Of a DNA stretch of 64,000 nucleotides, positions 55,187-64,000 are shown in pieces. The DNA comes from Eledone cirrhosa. Taxonomy: Eukaryota. The translations under genes and the position numbers were made by a program. The stretch's first letter is position 1, and the number at the start of each line of letters is the position of its first letter. The stretch spans positions 372,062,001 to 372,126,000 of the forward strand of contig OZ024740.1 in the NCBI GenBank assembly GCA_964016885.1, in the 5' to 3' direction. Below the pieces are notes generated by a model, which saw only the letters and a list, made by a program, of their open reading frames with translations, was not told the DNA's origin and did not search any database.

Positions 55187-55667
55187 TTATATAAATTACA
55201 CAATAATCAAAGCTATGTTCAAATCATTTTATTGCTGACAATCGTTTTTTCCAAACTATCGTTAGGAATCATCGGAGCCCTACCAATGTTTGTACATAAA
55301 ATTAATTGATTATTTGATTATAAATTAATTTGATTATTGTGTAATTTAAATTCCTGCTCTGTAAAACATCTCATTATTACATTTACAAGGGCGGTGGATT
55401 GGCAGTATCGGTGGAGGGTCGGCCGCCATGCTTTCCAGCATAGTTACGTCCCTTTACGATCTGAGTTCAAATCCCGCCGAGGTTGACTTTGCCTTTCATC
55501 CTTACGGGGTCGATAAAATAAAGTACCAGTAATACCAGTGGCCTTGTGCCTAAGGTAGAAACAATTATTTACATTTACATTGAGCTATTTTTCTTACCGG
55601 TAATAAGGTAGTAATGAATTACTGATCTTTCCTGTTTATAGTTGTATATAGTGTATACATAACTATA

Positions 55668-55711
<44 letters not shown>

Positions 55712-55830
55712 TAAAATAACAGATTAAAGTTTAAGCAAATAATCGGTGCTTTCACCCTTAACGGGATCTTCGATATATATTTATCCATACCAAGCCCTCT
55801 TTGTATTTTACTCTTCAAATTTATTATTAT

Positions 55831-55938
<108 letters not shown>

Positions 55939-56160
55939 CGTTTCTGAATTTGTTTATCAAGATTCTTTATCTGAAATCGTGTGTTGAAACCGATATTGTT
56001 ATACTTTGGGAGGGTCATGTTGCCAATAAGAAACACACGCACCAGTTGCTTTCACTTCAATTTATTATATATTTGTAAATTTACAAATTTACAAATTTAC
56101 AAACTTATAAATTTCTGGTTGGTTGGTTGGTTCCACAACCAGATAGTTGTTTATATATAT

Positions 56161-56205
56161 AGTCATAGTCCTTTCGTCACACACTCTGTGACCTCTTCAG
56201 TGACT
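56161..56205 (-). ncRNA. Minimal type-I hammerhead (pLTR)
   Basis: Minus strand: AGTCA-CTGAAGA-GGTCACAGAGTGTGTGAC-GAAA-GGAC-TA-TGACT. Confidence 0.9.
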
Positions 56206-56512
56206 GGGGATTCCTTTCTTCGTTTCTGTGCCTTTCCTTTCTTCTATCCTACGCCATTTTGTTTCTGTGTGTGTGTTGTGTGCTCAGTTTGCGCATGCGC
56301 CACATCCGGGTGTCTGTGTGTGTTTGTGTTCATTTTTCTATTTTTCTATTTATATTTTTCTATTTGTTTATTTATTTATTTATTTATTGTTGGTTGGTTG
56401 TTTGTTCTATGTGTGTGTGTGTTTTCATTTTGTCCTGTATGTGTTTTCATTTTGTGTGTGTTTTCAATTGTAAGTTGTTTGTTCTATGTGTGTGTGTGTT
56501 TTCATTTTGTCC

Positions 56513-59026
56513 TTAGTTGTAAGTTGTGATGTTGCTGTTCCACTCATATTTTCTATTTAATTTTGGTTTTAATTCTTTTATGCTTACTGCCTCTGTAATT
56601 TGCCTAAACATTGCGTCTTTTCTGTGTGTGGATTCTATTTTTATTTCTATGCTCTCTAATCTACCCCTGTGTTCTATCTTAGCATGTTGGTAGAGCACAG
56701 ATGATTCTTTATTATCTTGGAGGTCTCGCCAGTGTTCATTTATTCGTTCCCCTATACTACGAGCTGTCTCACCTATGTACACTATATTTTTGTTTCTACA
56801 TTGTCCTTCAGTACATCTTATGCTATACACTACATTTCTAGTTTTACAGTTAATATGGGGGCTTATTTTACAGGTTATACATTTCTTATCTATACATGAG
56901 GGTCTTTGGAACGGGTATGTCTTGCTAATAAGTGTTTTTACGGAGGTACCAGGTCTTTCTACTATCTTAATATTGAGATTATGTTTATTTAGGGCCCTTC
57001 TAAATTTGTAGGCTAGTTCGCCTCTAGGGGTTGTATTGATGAAAATTACACTCTGGTATTTATTGCTATCATACCATGAGTTTATTTTATTGGCCTTGTT
57101 CCTAGTTCTTTCTATTCTATTCGAAAATGTGTTCCTATACAAGGGGCAGGTCCCATTTATGTCATTATTTACCATTTTTTCCCATTTGGTTCTGGCTCCT
57201 TTATACACTCTGATTCTATCTCTCTGATTGTAGCCAGAGAACTGCATACGGTGGATGAAGTGTTGTATGTGTCTCTCTAGTTCTTCGGGGTTGCACATGC
57301 GGGACACATTTCTCATCACCCGTACCAAATCCGCAATCAGTATGTTGATTTTGGTATGGTCCGAAATGGCCGAGTTTCGGTGGATCAGATGTTTGGAAGT
57401 CATGGGTTTGGCATAATGGGAATGGAGGATTTGTTTTTGGTTGTTAATGGTATCTAACCAGAGCTCTGTGTCTAGTACAGGTAATCGATGGTTGGGGTGT
57501 CTACTTGGGTAGTCTATAGTAACTCTAATGCTCTGGTGGATGGAGTTTGCTATTTGCTGGATGCTTTCCATTGTGTTTTTCTCTAGTTCCTGACTGTTCT
57601 TTAGTGGGGGTGTCTTAACTACGATGTTTATATCATCTATGTAGCGGGAGTACATTATCAGGGTTAAGCTGTCTTCTAATTGTTCATTAAGTTTTTGTTT
57701 AAGTCTACTGTCCCACCATACCATGAATAAGTTAGCTATGTCGCCTGCAATGCTAACACCAATGGCTGCTCCTTCCTCTTGGGCATATGTTTTACCATTA
57801 AATTTGAACATATGTTCCTTAAGGGTTAATTTTATGCTGGCCCCTACCGCATGTGCAATCATTTTCTTCAGTTCATCGTGGTTTTCGGGTGTCCGTATGG
57901 CTCTGGTCCACCCGTTCCATTTATCTGTGTGGGTTTTCTTGGCCATTGAGGTAATGGTAGGTGGTCTGCCTCTTGCTGGTCTTGTAGGGCACAGGTTGCT
58001 AAGGTCATAAGTGTCTAGGTAACTATTACTATGGGTAAGCTTAAGTAGAATTCCCAGCTCACTGGTATCAATCCCACGGAACTCAACCTTGCTCTCGCTG
58101 ATCATTTCTACGCATTTCTCCACAGCAAGATCAACGTCAATAGATGGATACAGGGAAACAACATCCATACTGCCTATTATGCAGTTTGTTAGGTCCCCAG
58201 ATCGGTTACCCGCGCCGATTCTGCTGAGGATGTCCTCCGTGCTGTCACACACATCTGGGGACATCTCAATGATGGGGCGTATGATCAGGGAGAGGAAGTA
58301 GGACAGTCTGTAGTTACTAGCAATGTTAGCCCCACAGACTGGCCGCGTTGGTAGTCCCGCGACAGGGTCCCAGCCCGTTTTATGGTCTTTTCGAAGCCCA
58401 TACAGCGCCGGCACGTCATTGTTCCAGGCCTGGAAGTTGTTGGCTGTCCTTTTGGTGGGCTGCATTACATTCGTCCACATCACCATATGGGCATTGAGGG
58501 CTTTTTCTCTATCCTCATGCTCCTGTGGTGTTACCTCTCTTGTGTTAGTGATGTGGGGTTGCATTGCCTGGATGTAGTTTGGCAGGCTGTCAACCGACAT
58601 TCTGCCAGACTTGTCTGTTGGAAAACATGCTATCTCTCCATTACGCGAGCGCTGCATGAGCTTGCGCAAGCCATTTGCAGATTCTTCTCCCAGTTGCTGG
58701 GCCTCTATTCTATTATGCTTTTTGCTATACTGTTCTATAATATTTCTAAGTTCGGATTTAGCTATACTAAATTGTGCTTCTGTTTGTTCATCGACCTGCG
58801 ACGGCAACTGCGTGCGTTTGTTAAATGGCAAAGTCGTGGCGTGGACTCGTCGTAGGTCGAATGATTTATCGGAGGGGTTATAAAACGGAGAGTTCCAGGC
58901 TGCTGCTTTATGTGTACTAGTGCTATTATTCTTGTTAGTTGTGTTGTTTCTATTTCTATTTCCACCAGCAGCCTCAGCTTCATGGTTGTTTCTATGTCTC
59001 TCATAATTACTCCTGTCTCTTTCCAC
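56513..59026 (-). CDS. PLE RT + Cys linker + GIY-YIG endonuclease, 837 aa open frame (Neptune/Nematis-like, clade uncertain)
   Basis: [83 protein letters not shown]. Confidence 0.95.
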   Translation of the reverse strand: MERDRSNYERHRNNHEAEAAGGNRNRNNTTNKNNSTSTHKAAAWNSPFYNPSDKSFDLRRVHATTLPFNKRTQLPSQVDEQTEAQFSIAKSELRNIIEQYSKKHNRIEAQQLGEESANGLRKLMQRSRNGEIACFPTDKSGRMSVDSLPNYIQAMQPHITNTREVTPQEHEDREKALNAHMVMWTNVMQPTKRTANNFQAWNNDVPALYGLRKDHKTGWDPVAGLPTRPVCGANIASNYRLSYFLSLIIRPIIEMSPDVCDSTEDILSRIGAGNRSGDLTNCIIGSMDVVSLYPSIDVDLAVEKCVEMISESKVEFRGIDTSELGILLKLTHSNSYLDTYDLSNLCPTRPARGRPPTITSMAKKTHTDKWNGWTRAIRTPENHDELKKMIAHAVGASIKLTLKEHMFKFNGKTYAQEEGAAIGVSIAGDIANLFMVWWDSRLKQKLNEQLEDSLTLIMYSRYIDDINIVVKTPPLKNSQELEKNTMESIQQIANSIHQSIRVTIDYPSRHPNHRLPVLDTELWLDTINNQKQILHSHYAKPMTSKHLIHRNSAISDHTKINILIADLVRVMRNVSRMCNPEELERHIQHFIHRMQFSGYNQRDRIRVYKGARTKWEKMVNNDINGTCPLYRNTFSNRIERTRNKANKINSWYDSNKYQSVIFINTTPRGELAYKFRRALNKHNLNIKIVERPGTSVKTLISKTYPFQRPSCIDKKCITCKISPHINCKTRNVVYSIRCTEGQCRNKNIVYIGETARSIGERINEHWRDLQDNKESSVLYQHAKIEHRGRLESIEIKIESTHRKDAMFRQITEAVSIKELKPKLNRKYEWNSNITTYN

Positions 59027-59195
59027 TGGCTCAATGTTGTTATCTACCCTATTTTGTGTGTCTGTGTGTTCGTCTTGGTTATTCTCTTTTTCCTTAGTCT
59101 CCCATCTCCTTTTCTTTTTAATCCTATTACTTTCTCTTATTTCTCTGATTTCTGTGTGCTACTGTCATTACTTGTTTTCTGTGTCTGTGTGTTTG

Positions 59196-60317
59196 TTAGG
59201 ATTGTGGTGGTGGTGAGAGGCATTGAATGCGTGTGTGTTGTTGTTGTTGATGTGTGTTGTTGTTGTCTCCGTGTGTGTGTGTGTTATCGTTGTTGTGTGT
59301 GTTGTTATTGTTGTTTGTGTCTGTGTGTCTGTTGTTGTTGTATCTGGGTATGTTGCTATTGTTGTTGTTATTGTTGTCTCTGCGTGTGTTATCGTTGTTG
59401 TGTGTGTTGTTATTGTTGTTTGTGTCTGCGTGTCTGTTGTTGTTGTATCTGGGTATGTTGCTATTGTTGTTGTTGTTGTTATTGTTGTTTGTGTCTGTGT
59501 GTCTGTTGTTGTTGGGATGTGTGTTGTATATGTGTGTGCGTATATTGTTGCTTTTGTTTTTGATGCTCCAGCGTAGTTTTGTAAATGAATTTTCTATTTC
59601 TGACAGACAACTAATCATATTTACCTTCTTGAATGTCGCAAATTTGGGTGGTAGACGTAACACAGACATTTCATTATTATCTATTTCCGTGTTTCCATAA
59701 ATGTTGGTATTTTCGTTGTTGAACTCTTCAGATAATGAGGTGTCGGCAATGTTGATACCGTCAATTTTGTCGGGATATCTATTGGTATACTCTATAGTAT
59801 CCCGATTTAGCTTTGCCTGTTTAAGCCACTTTAATTTTCTGTTAAAGTGCTTATCACATTCTTGAGTAATGTACTGTTCTACGGGGCGTATAAGGCTTAT
59901 AAATGTTAGTTTTTCTGCTGGTGTGGTGATTTTAGCTATTTCTTGTATTAGGTTACGCTTTAGTTTTTCTTGATGACTTAATTCTCTATAGATCTTCTTT
60001 TTTATGTTTAGAATTAAAGTTCGTTTTAGCCTATCTGCTTGTTTTTTGGTGAGTGGTAATCTTCTAACGTCGGTATTGATGGTGTTGGTGTAGATTCTAG
60101 AAGTGGTGCACAGTTTTATGAAGCGTAGTTGTCGAGATGTTATGGTTTTTCGTAGACAACAGAACATGGTGGTTTTCAGTATCTTGTTAGCCTGGCTAAG
60201 GCTTACGATATTTCGTTTCTGAATTTGTTTAGCAAGATTCTTTATCTGAAATCGTGTGTTGAAACCGATATTGTTATACTTTGGGAGGGTCATGTTGCCA
60301 ATAAGAAACACACGCAC
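59196..60317 (-). CDS. PLE N-terminal ORF ending in an Asn/His-rich tract
   Basis: Starts inside the pLTR. LPPKFA..IENSFTKLRW is the motif that normally precedes PLE RT; it is followed by (AAC)n-coded repeats. Confidence 0.75.
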   Translation of the reverse strand: MRVFLIGNMTLPKYNNIGFNTRFQIKNLAKQIQKRNIVSLSQANKILKTTMFCCLRKTITSRQLRFIKLCTTSRIYTNTINTDVRRLPLTKKQADRLKRTLILNIKKKIYRELSHQEKLKRNLIQEIAKITTPAEKLTFISLIRPVEQYITQECDKHFNRKLKWLKQAKLNRDTIEYTNRYPDKIDGINIADTSLSEEFNNENTNIYGNTEIDNNEMSVLRLPPKFATFKKVNMISCLSEIENSFTKLRWSIKNKSNNIRTHIYNTHPNNNRHTDTNNNNNNNNNSNIPRYNNNRHADTNNNNNTHNNDNTRRDNNNNNNSNIPRYNNNRHTDTNNNNNTHNNDNTHTHGDNNNTHQQQQHTRIQCLSPPPQS

Positions 60318-60450
60318 CAGTTGCTTTCACTTCAATTTATTATATATTTGTAAATTTACAAATTTACAAATTTACAAACTTATAAATTTATAAATTTAAA
60401 ATTTCTGGTTGGTTGGTTGGTTCCACAACCAGATAGTTGTTTATATATAT

Positions 60451-60495
60451 AGTCATAGTCCTTTCGTCACACACTCTGTGACCTCTTCAGTGACT
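60451..60495 (-). ncRNA. Minimal type-I hammerhead (internal pLTR)
   Basis: Same sequence as 56161-56205. Confidence 0.9.
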
Positions 60496-60802
60496 GGGGA
60501 TTCCTTTCTTCGTTTCTGTGCCTTTCCTTTCTTCTATCCTACGCCATTTTGTTTCTGTGTGTGTGTTGTGTGCTCAGTTTGCGCATGCGCCACATCCGGG
60601 TGTCTGTGTGTGTTTGTGTTCATTTTTCTATTTTTCTATTTATATTTTTCTATTTGTTTATTTATTTATTTATTTATTGTTGGTTGGTTGTTTGTTCTAT
60701 GTGTGTGTGTGTTTTCATTTTGTCCTGTGTGTGTTTTCATTTTGTGTGTGTTTTCAATTGTAAGTTGTTTGTTCTATGTGTGTGTGTGTTTTCCTTTTGT
60801 CC

Positions 60803-62413
60803 TTAGTTGTAAGTTGTGATGTTGCTGTTCCACTCATATTTTCTATTTAATTTTGGTTTTAATTTTTTTATGCTTACTGCCTCTGTAATTTGCCTAAACA
60901 TTGCGTCTTTTCTGTGTGTGGATTCTATTTTTATTTCTATGCTCTCTAATCTACCCCTGTGTTCTATCTTAGCATGTTGGTAGAGCACAGATGATTCTTT
61001 ATTATCTTGGAGGTCTCGCCAGTGTTCATTTATTCGTTCCCGTATACTACGAGCTGTCTCACCTATGTACACTATATTTTTGTTTCTACATTGTCCTTCA
61101 GTACATCTTATGCTATACACTACATTTCTAGTTTTACAGTTAATATGGGGGCTTATTTTACAGGTTATACATTTCTTATCTATACATGAGGGTCTTTGGA
61201 ACGGGTATGTCTTGCTAATAAGTGTTTTTACGGAGGTACCAGGTCTTTCTACTATCTTAATATTGAGATTATGTTTATTTAGGGCCCTTCTAAATTTGTA
61301 GGCTAGTTCGCCTCTAGGGGTTGTATTGATGAACATTACACTCTGGTATTTATTGCTATCATACCATGAGTTTATTTTATTGGCCTTGTTCCTAGTTCTT
61401 TCTATTCTATTCGAAAATTTGCTCCTATACAAGGGGCAGGTCCCATTTATGTCATTATTTACCATTTTTTCCCATTTGGTTCTGGCTCCTTTATACACTC
61501 TGATTCTATCTCTCTGATTGTAGCCAGAGAACTGCATACGGTGGATGAAGTGTTGTATGTGTCTCTCTAGTTCTTCGGGATTGCACATGCGGGACACATT
61601 TCTCATCACCCGTACCAAATCCGCAATCAGTATGTTGATTTTGGTATGGTCCGAAATGGCCGAGTTTCGGTGGATCAGATGTTTGGAAGTCATGGGTTTG
61701 GCATAATGGGAATGGAGGATTTGTTTTTGGTTGTTAATGGTATCTAACCAGAGCTCTGTGTCTAGTACAGGTAATCGATGGTTGGGGTGTTTGCTTGGGT
61801 AGTCTATAGTAACTCTAATGCTCTGGTGGATGGAGTTTGCTATTTGCTGGATGCTTTCCATTGTGTTTTTCTCTAGTTCCTGACTGTTCTTTAGTGGGGG
61901 TGTCTTAACTACGATGTTTATATCATCTACGTAGCGGGAGTACATTATCAGGGTTAAGCTGTCTTCTAATTGTTCATTAAGTTTTTGTTTAAGTCTACTG
62001 TCCCACCATACCATGAATAAGTTAGCTATGTCGCCTGCAATGCTAACACCAATGGCTGCTCCTTCCTCTTGGGCATATGTTTTACCATTGAATTTGAACA
62101 TATGTTCCTTAAGGGTTAATTTTATGCTGGCCCCTACCGCATGTGCAATCATTTTCTTCAGTTCATCGTGGTTTTCGGGGGTCCGTATGGCTCTGGTCCA
62201 CCCGTTCCATCTATCTGTGTGGGTTTTCTTGGCCATTGAGGTAATGGTAGGTGGTCTGCCTCTTGCTGGTCTTGTAGGGCACAGGTTGCTAAGGTCATAA
62301 GTGTCTAGGTAACTATTACTATGAGTAAGCTTAAGTAGAAGTCCCAGCTCACTGGTATCAATCCCACGGAACTCAACCTTGCTCTCGCTGATCATTTCTA
62401 CGCATTTCTCCAC
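60803..62413 (-). CDS. 5'-truncated second copy of the PLE RT/GIY-YIG ORF
   Basis: 536 aa nearly identical to the C-terminal part of 56513-59026 (RYVDD vs RYIDD). Confidence 0.9.
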   Translation of the reverse strand: MEKCVEMISESKVEFRGIDTSELGLLLKLTHSNSYLDTYDLSNLCPTRPARGRPPTITSMAKKTHTDRWNGWTRAIRTPENHDELKKMIAHAVGASIKLTLKEHMFKFNGKTYAQEEGAAIGVSIAGDIANLFMVWWDSRLKQKLNEQLEDSLTLIMYSRYVDDINIVVKTPPLKNSQELEKNTMESIQQIANSIHQSIRVTIDYPSKHPNHRLPVLDTELWLDTINNQKQILHSHYAKPMTSKHLIHRNSAISDHTKINILIADLVRVMRNVSRMCNPEELERHIQHFIHRMQFSGYNQRDRIRVYKGARTKWEKMVNNDINGTCPLYRSKFSNRIERTRNKANKINSWYDSNKYQSVMFINTTPRGELAYKFRRALNKHNLNIKIVERPGTSVKTLISKTYPFQRPSCIDKKCITCKISPHINCKTRNVVYSIRCTEGQCRNKNIVYIGETARSIRERINEHWRDLQDNKESSVLYQHAKIEHRGRLESIEIKIESTHRKDAMFRQITEAVSIKKLKPKLNRKYEWNSNITTYN

Positions 62414-62491
62414 ATGATATTTGGATTACATTGAGTTCTTCATACGGATTGGACACTACCGTATATATATAAGTATGTATATATATATATT

Positions 62492-62574
<83 letters not shown>

Positions 62575-62613
62575 GTATATATATATGTATATATATACAT
62601 ATATACATATATA

Positions 62614-62677
<64 letters not shown>

Positions 62678-62781
62678 CACATATATATATACAGTATATA
62701 TACATATATACATATATATATATACATATATATATATATAGATATATATATACACATATATATATACATATATATACATAA

Positions 62782-62923
<142 letters not shown>

Positions 62924-62944
62924 TTATATATATACATATACACC

Positions 62945-62976
<32 letters not shown>

Positions 62977-63035
62977 TATATATAGAAAAATGGAAAGCGA
63001 AGTAGTTTCAGATGTTCAAGTCCTTTAATAATAAT

Positions 63036-63225
63036 TGTTTCTACTTTTGGCACAACGCCAGCAATTACCCAGTGTATTACTGGTACTTTATTTTATCGAC
63101 CCCGTAAGGATGAAAGGCAAAGTTAACTTCGGTGGGATTTGAACTCAGAATGGAAAGGGCTGTAACACTTTGCGTCAAAGCATGGCGTCCGACCCTCTAC
63201 CGATACTGCCAATCCACCGCCTTTT
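63036..63225 (-). mobile_element. tRNA-derived SINE with 18-bp TSD, inserted in a pLTR
   Basis: Same family as the 51.7-55.6 kb copies; AAGTCCTTTAATAATAAT at 63018-63035 and 63226-63243. Confidence 0.9.
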
Positions 63226-63243
63226 AAGTCCTTTAATAATAAT

Positions 63244-63317
63244 GCTGTGATATATATTTCAGTGACGACACTGGCCACACTGTTCTGTGTGCGAGTGTCG
63301 TGTCATCATCAGACAGC
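63244..63317 (-). ncRNA. Type-I hammerhead in the pLTR of a further element that probably extends beyond the window
   Basis: Minus strand: GCTGT-CTGATGA-TGACACGACACT..AGTGTCGTCACT-GAAA-TATATA-TC-ACAGC. Confidence 0.85.
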
Positions 63318-64000
63318 TTGTTACATAATAAGGTTATGTTTCCGAGGCAATCCAAATTGGATCGACAAGGGAACGGATGAATTGCGTGTTTTGGGGTTTT
63401 TCATCCGCTCCCTTGTGAGTACCAATTCACCCCCACCGGCCTGCGCAAGCGCATGTCCGAAGGAAGTTGACCATTCGCCACCGCAGACTTCAACGAAATA
63501 TGCTTAGTCAGTTCACCCTGTCATACAAAACAATGGCCCCCCAATGCCTGTACCATATTTTACTGCTGCCCATCACGGCTGTGGCAGTCAGCCGAGAGCC
63601 AAAGGGGATGGGAGAGTGTTAGTTTTTACAGGTCATAATACTACCCCTCACTAAGCGTTGACGGTACAACTGACCATCACCTTATAAGGGAAAATAAACT
63701 TATTCTAGGTATCATGGTTTTACGTTGGAAGTTAAGAGTGAGAGTTGGAAATAAAAATTAAAATCCTAAATCAAATATCAGAAATTATGAATTAAACAAT
63801 TAAGAAATTAACAATTAGAAATTAAAGAATTAAAAAAAGAATTTAAAAATTCCTTTCAGGTGATAATTTGGATTGAGGTGAGTAAAAATATAGACTGAAG
63901 TGAGTAAATAATATGGAGAGAGATGTTTAAGTAATATGTTCTGAGAGGGATTCTAGTGTCACAGTTACTCTATCCACATATTGAACGACAGTGCCGTACA

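Noticed and set aside
57723-59700. Plus-strand ORFs overlapping the PLE
   Set aside because: Antisense shadows of the RT ORF and of the (AAC)n tract, with no independent motifs.

Overview
This is an AT-rich animal genomic window with no recognisable host gene. The tRNA-derived SINEs and dense (TA)n/(CA)n tracts resemble octopus/cephalopod DNA (inference). Most listed ORFs are microsatellite artefacts. The real content is transposable elements nested in (TA)n. It includes several Penelope-like retroelements (PLEs: RT + GIY-YIG): a near-intact Naiad-type copy (12.4-16.2 kb), two decayed Neptune-type copies (20.5-24.7, 36.8-42.8 kb) and a young partial-tandem copy with an open RT-endonuclease frame (55.9-62.4 kb). 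It also holds two Helitrons, a CR1/L2-group LINE, R4/Dong-like remnants and a SINE cluster. Reading by eye found about 23 type-I hammerhead ribozyme (HHR) motifs plus 7 copies of a variant-core motif. The main candidates for novelty are three. (1) Two ORF-less tandem arrays carry one HHR per unit (555-bp unit at 33.3 kb, ~737-bp unit at 35.0 kb) and look like PLE-mobilised retrozymes that could make circular RNA. (2) A branched stem II with a 5'-flank pseudoknot recurs in four unrelated HHR families. (3) Many insertions are head-to-head pairs with both 3' ends facing (TA)n, suggesting priming from both ends of a cut in the palindromic microsatellite. All folds and alignments were done by eye; clade names are provisional.
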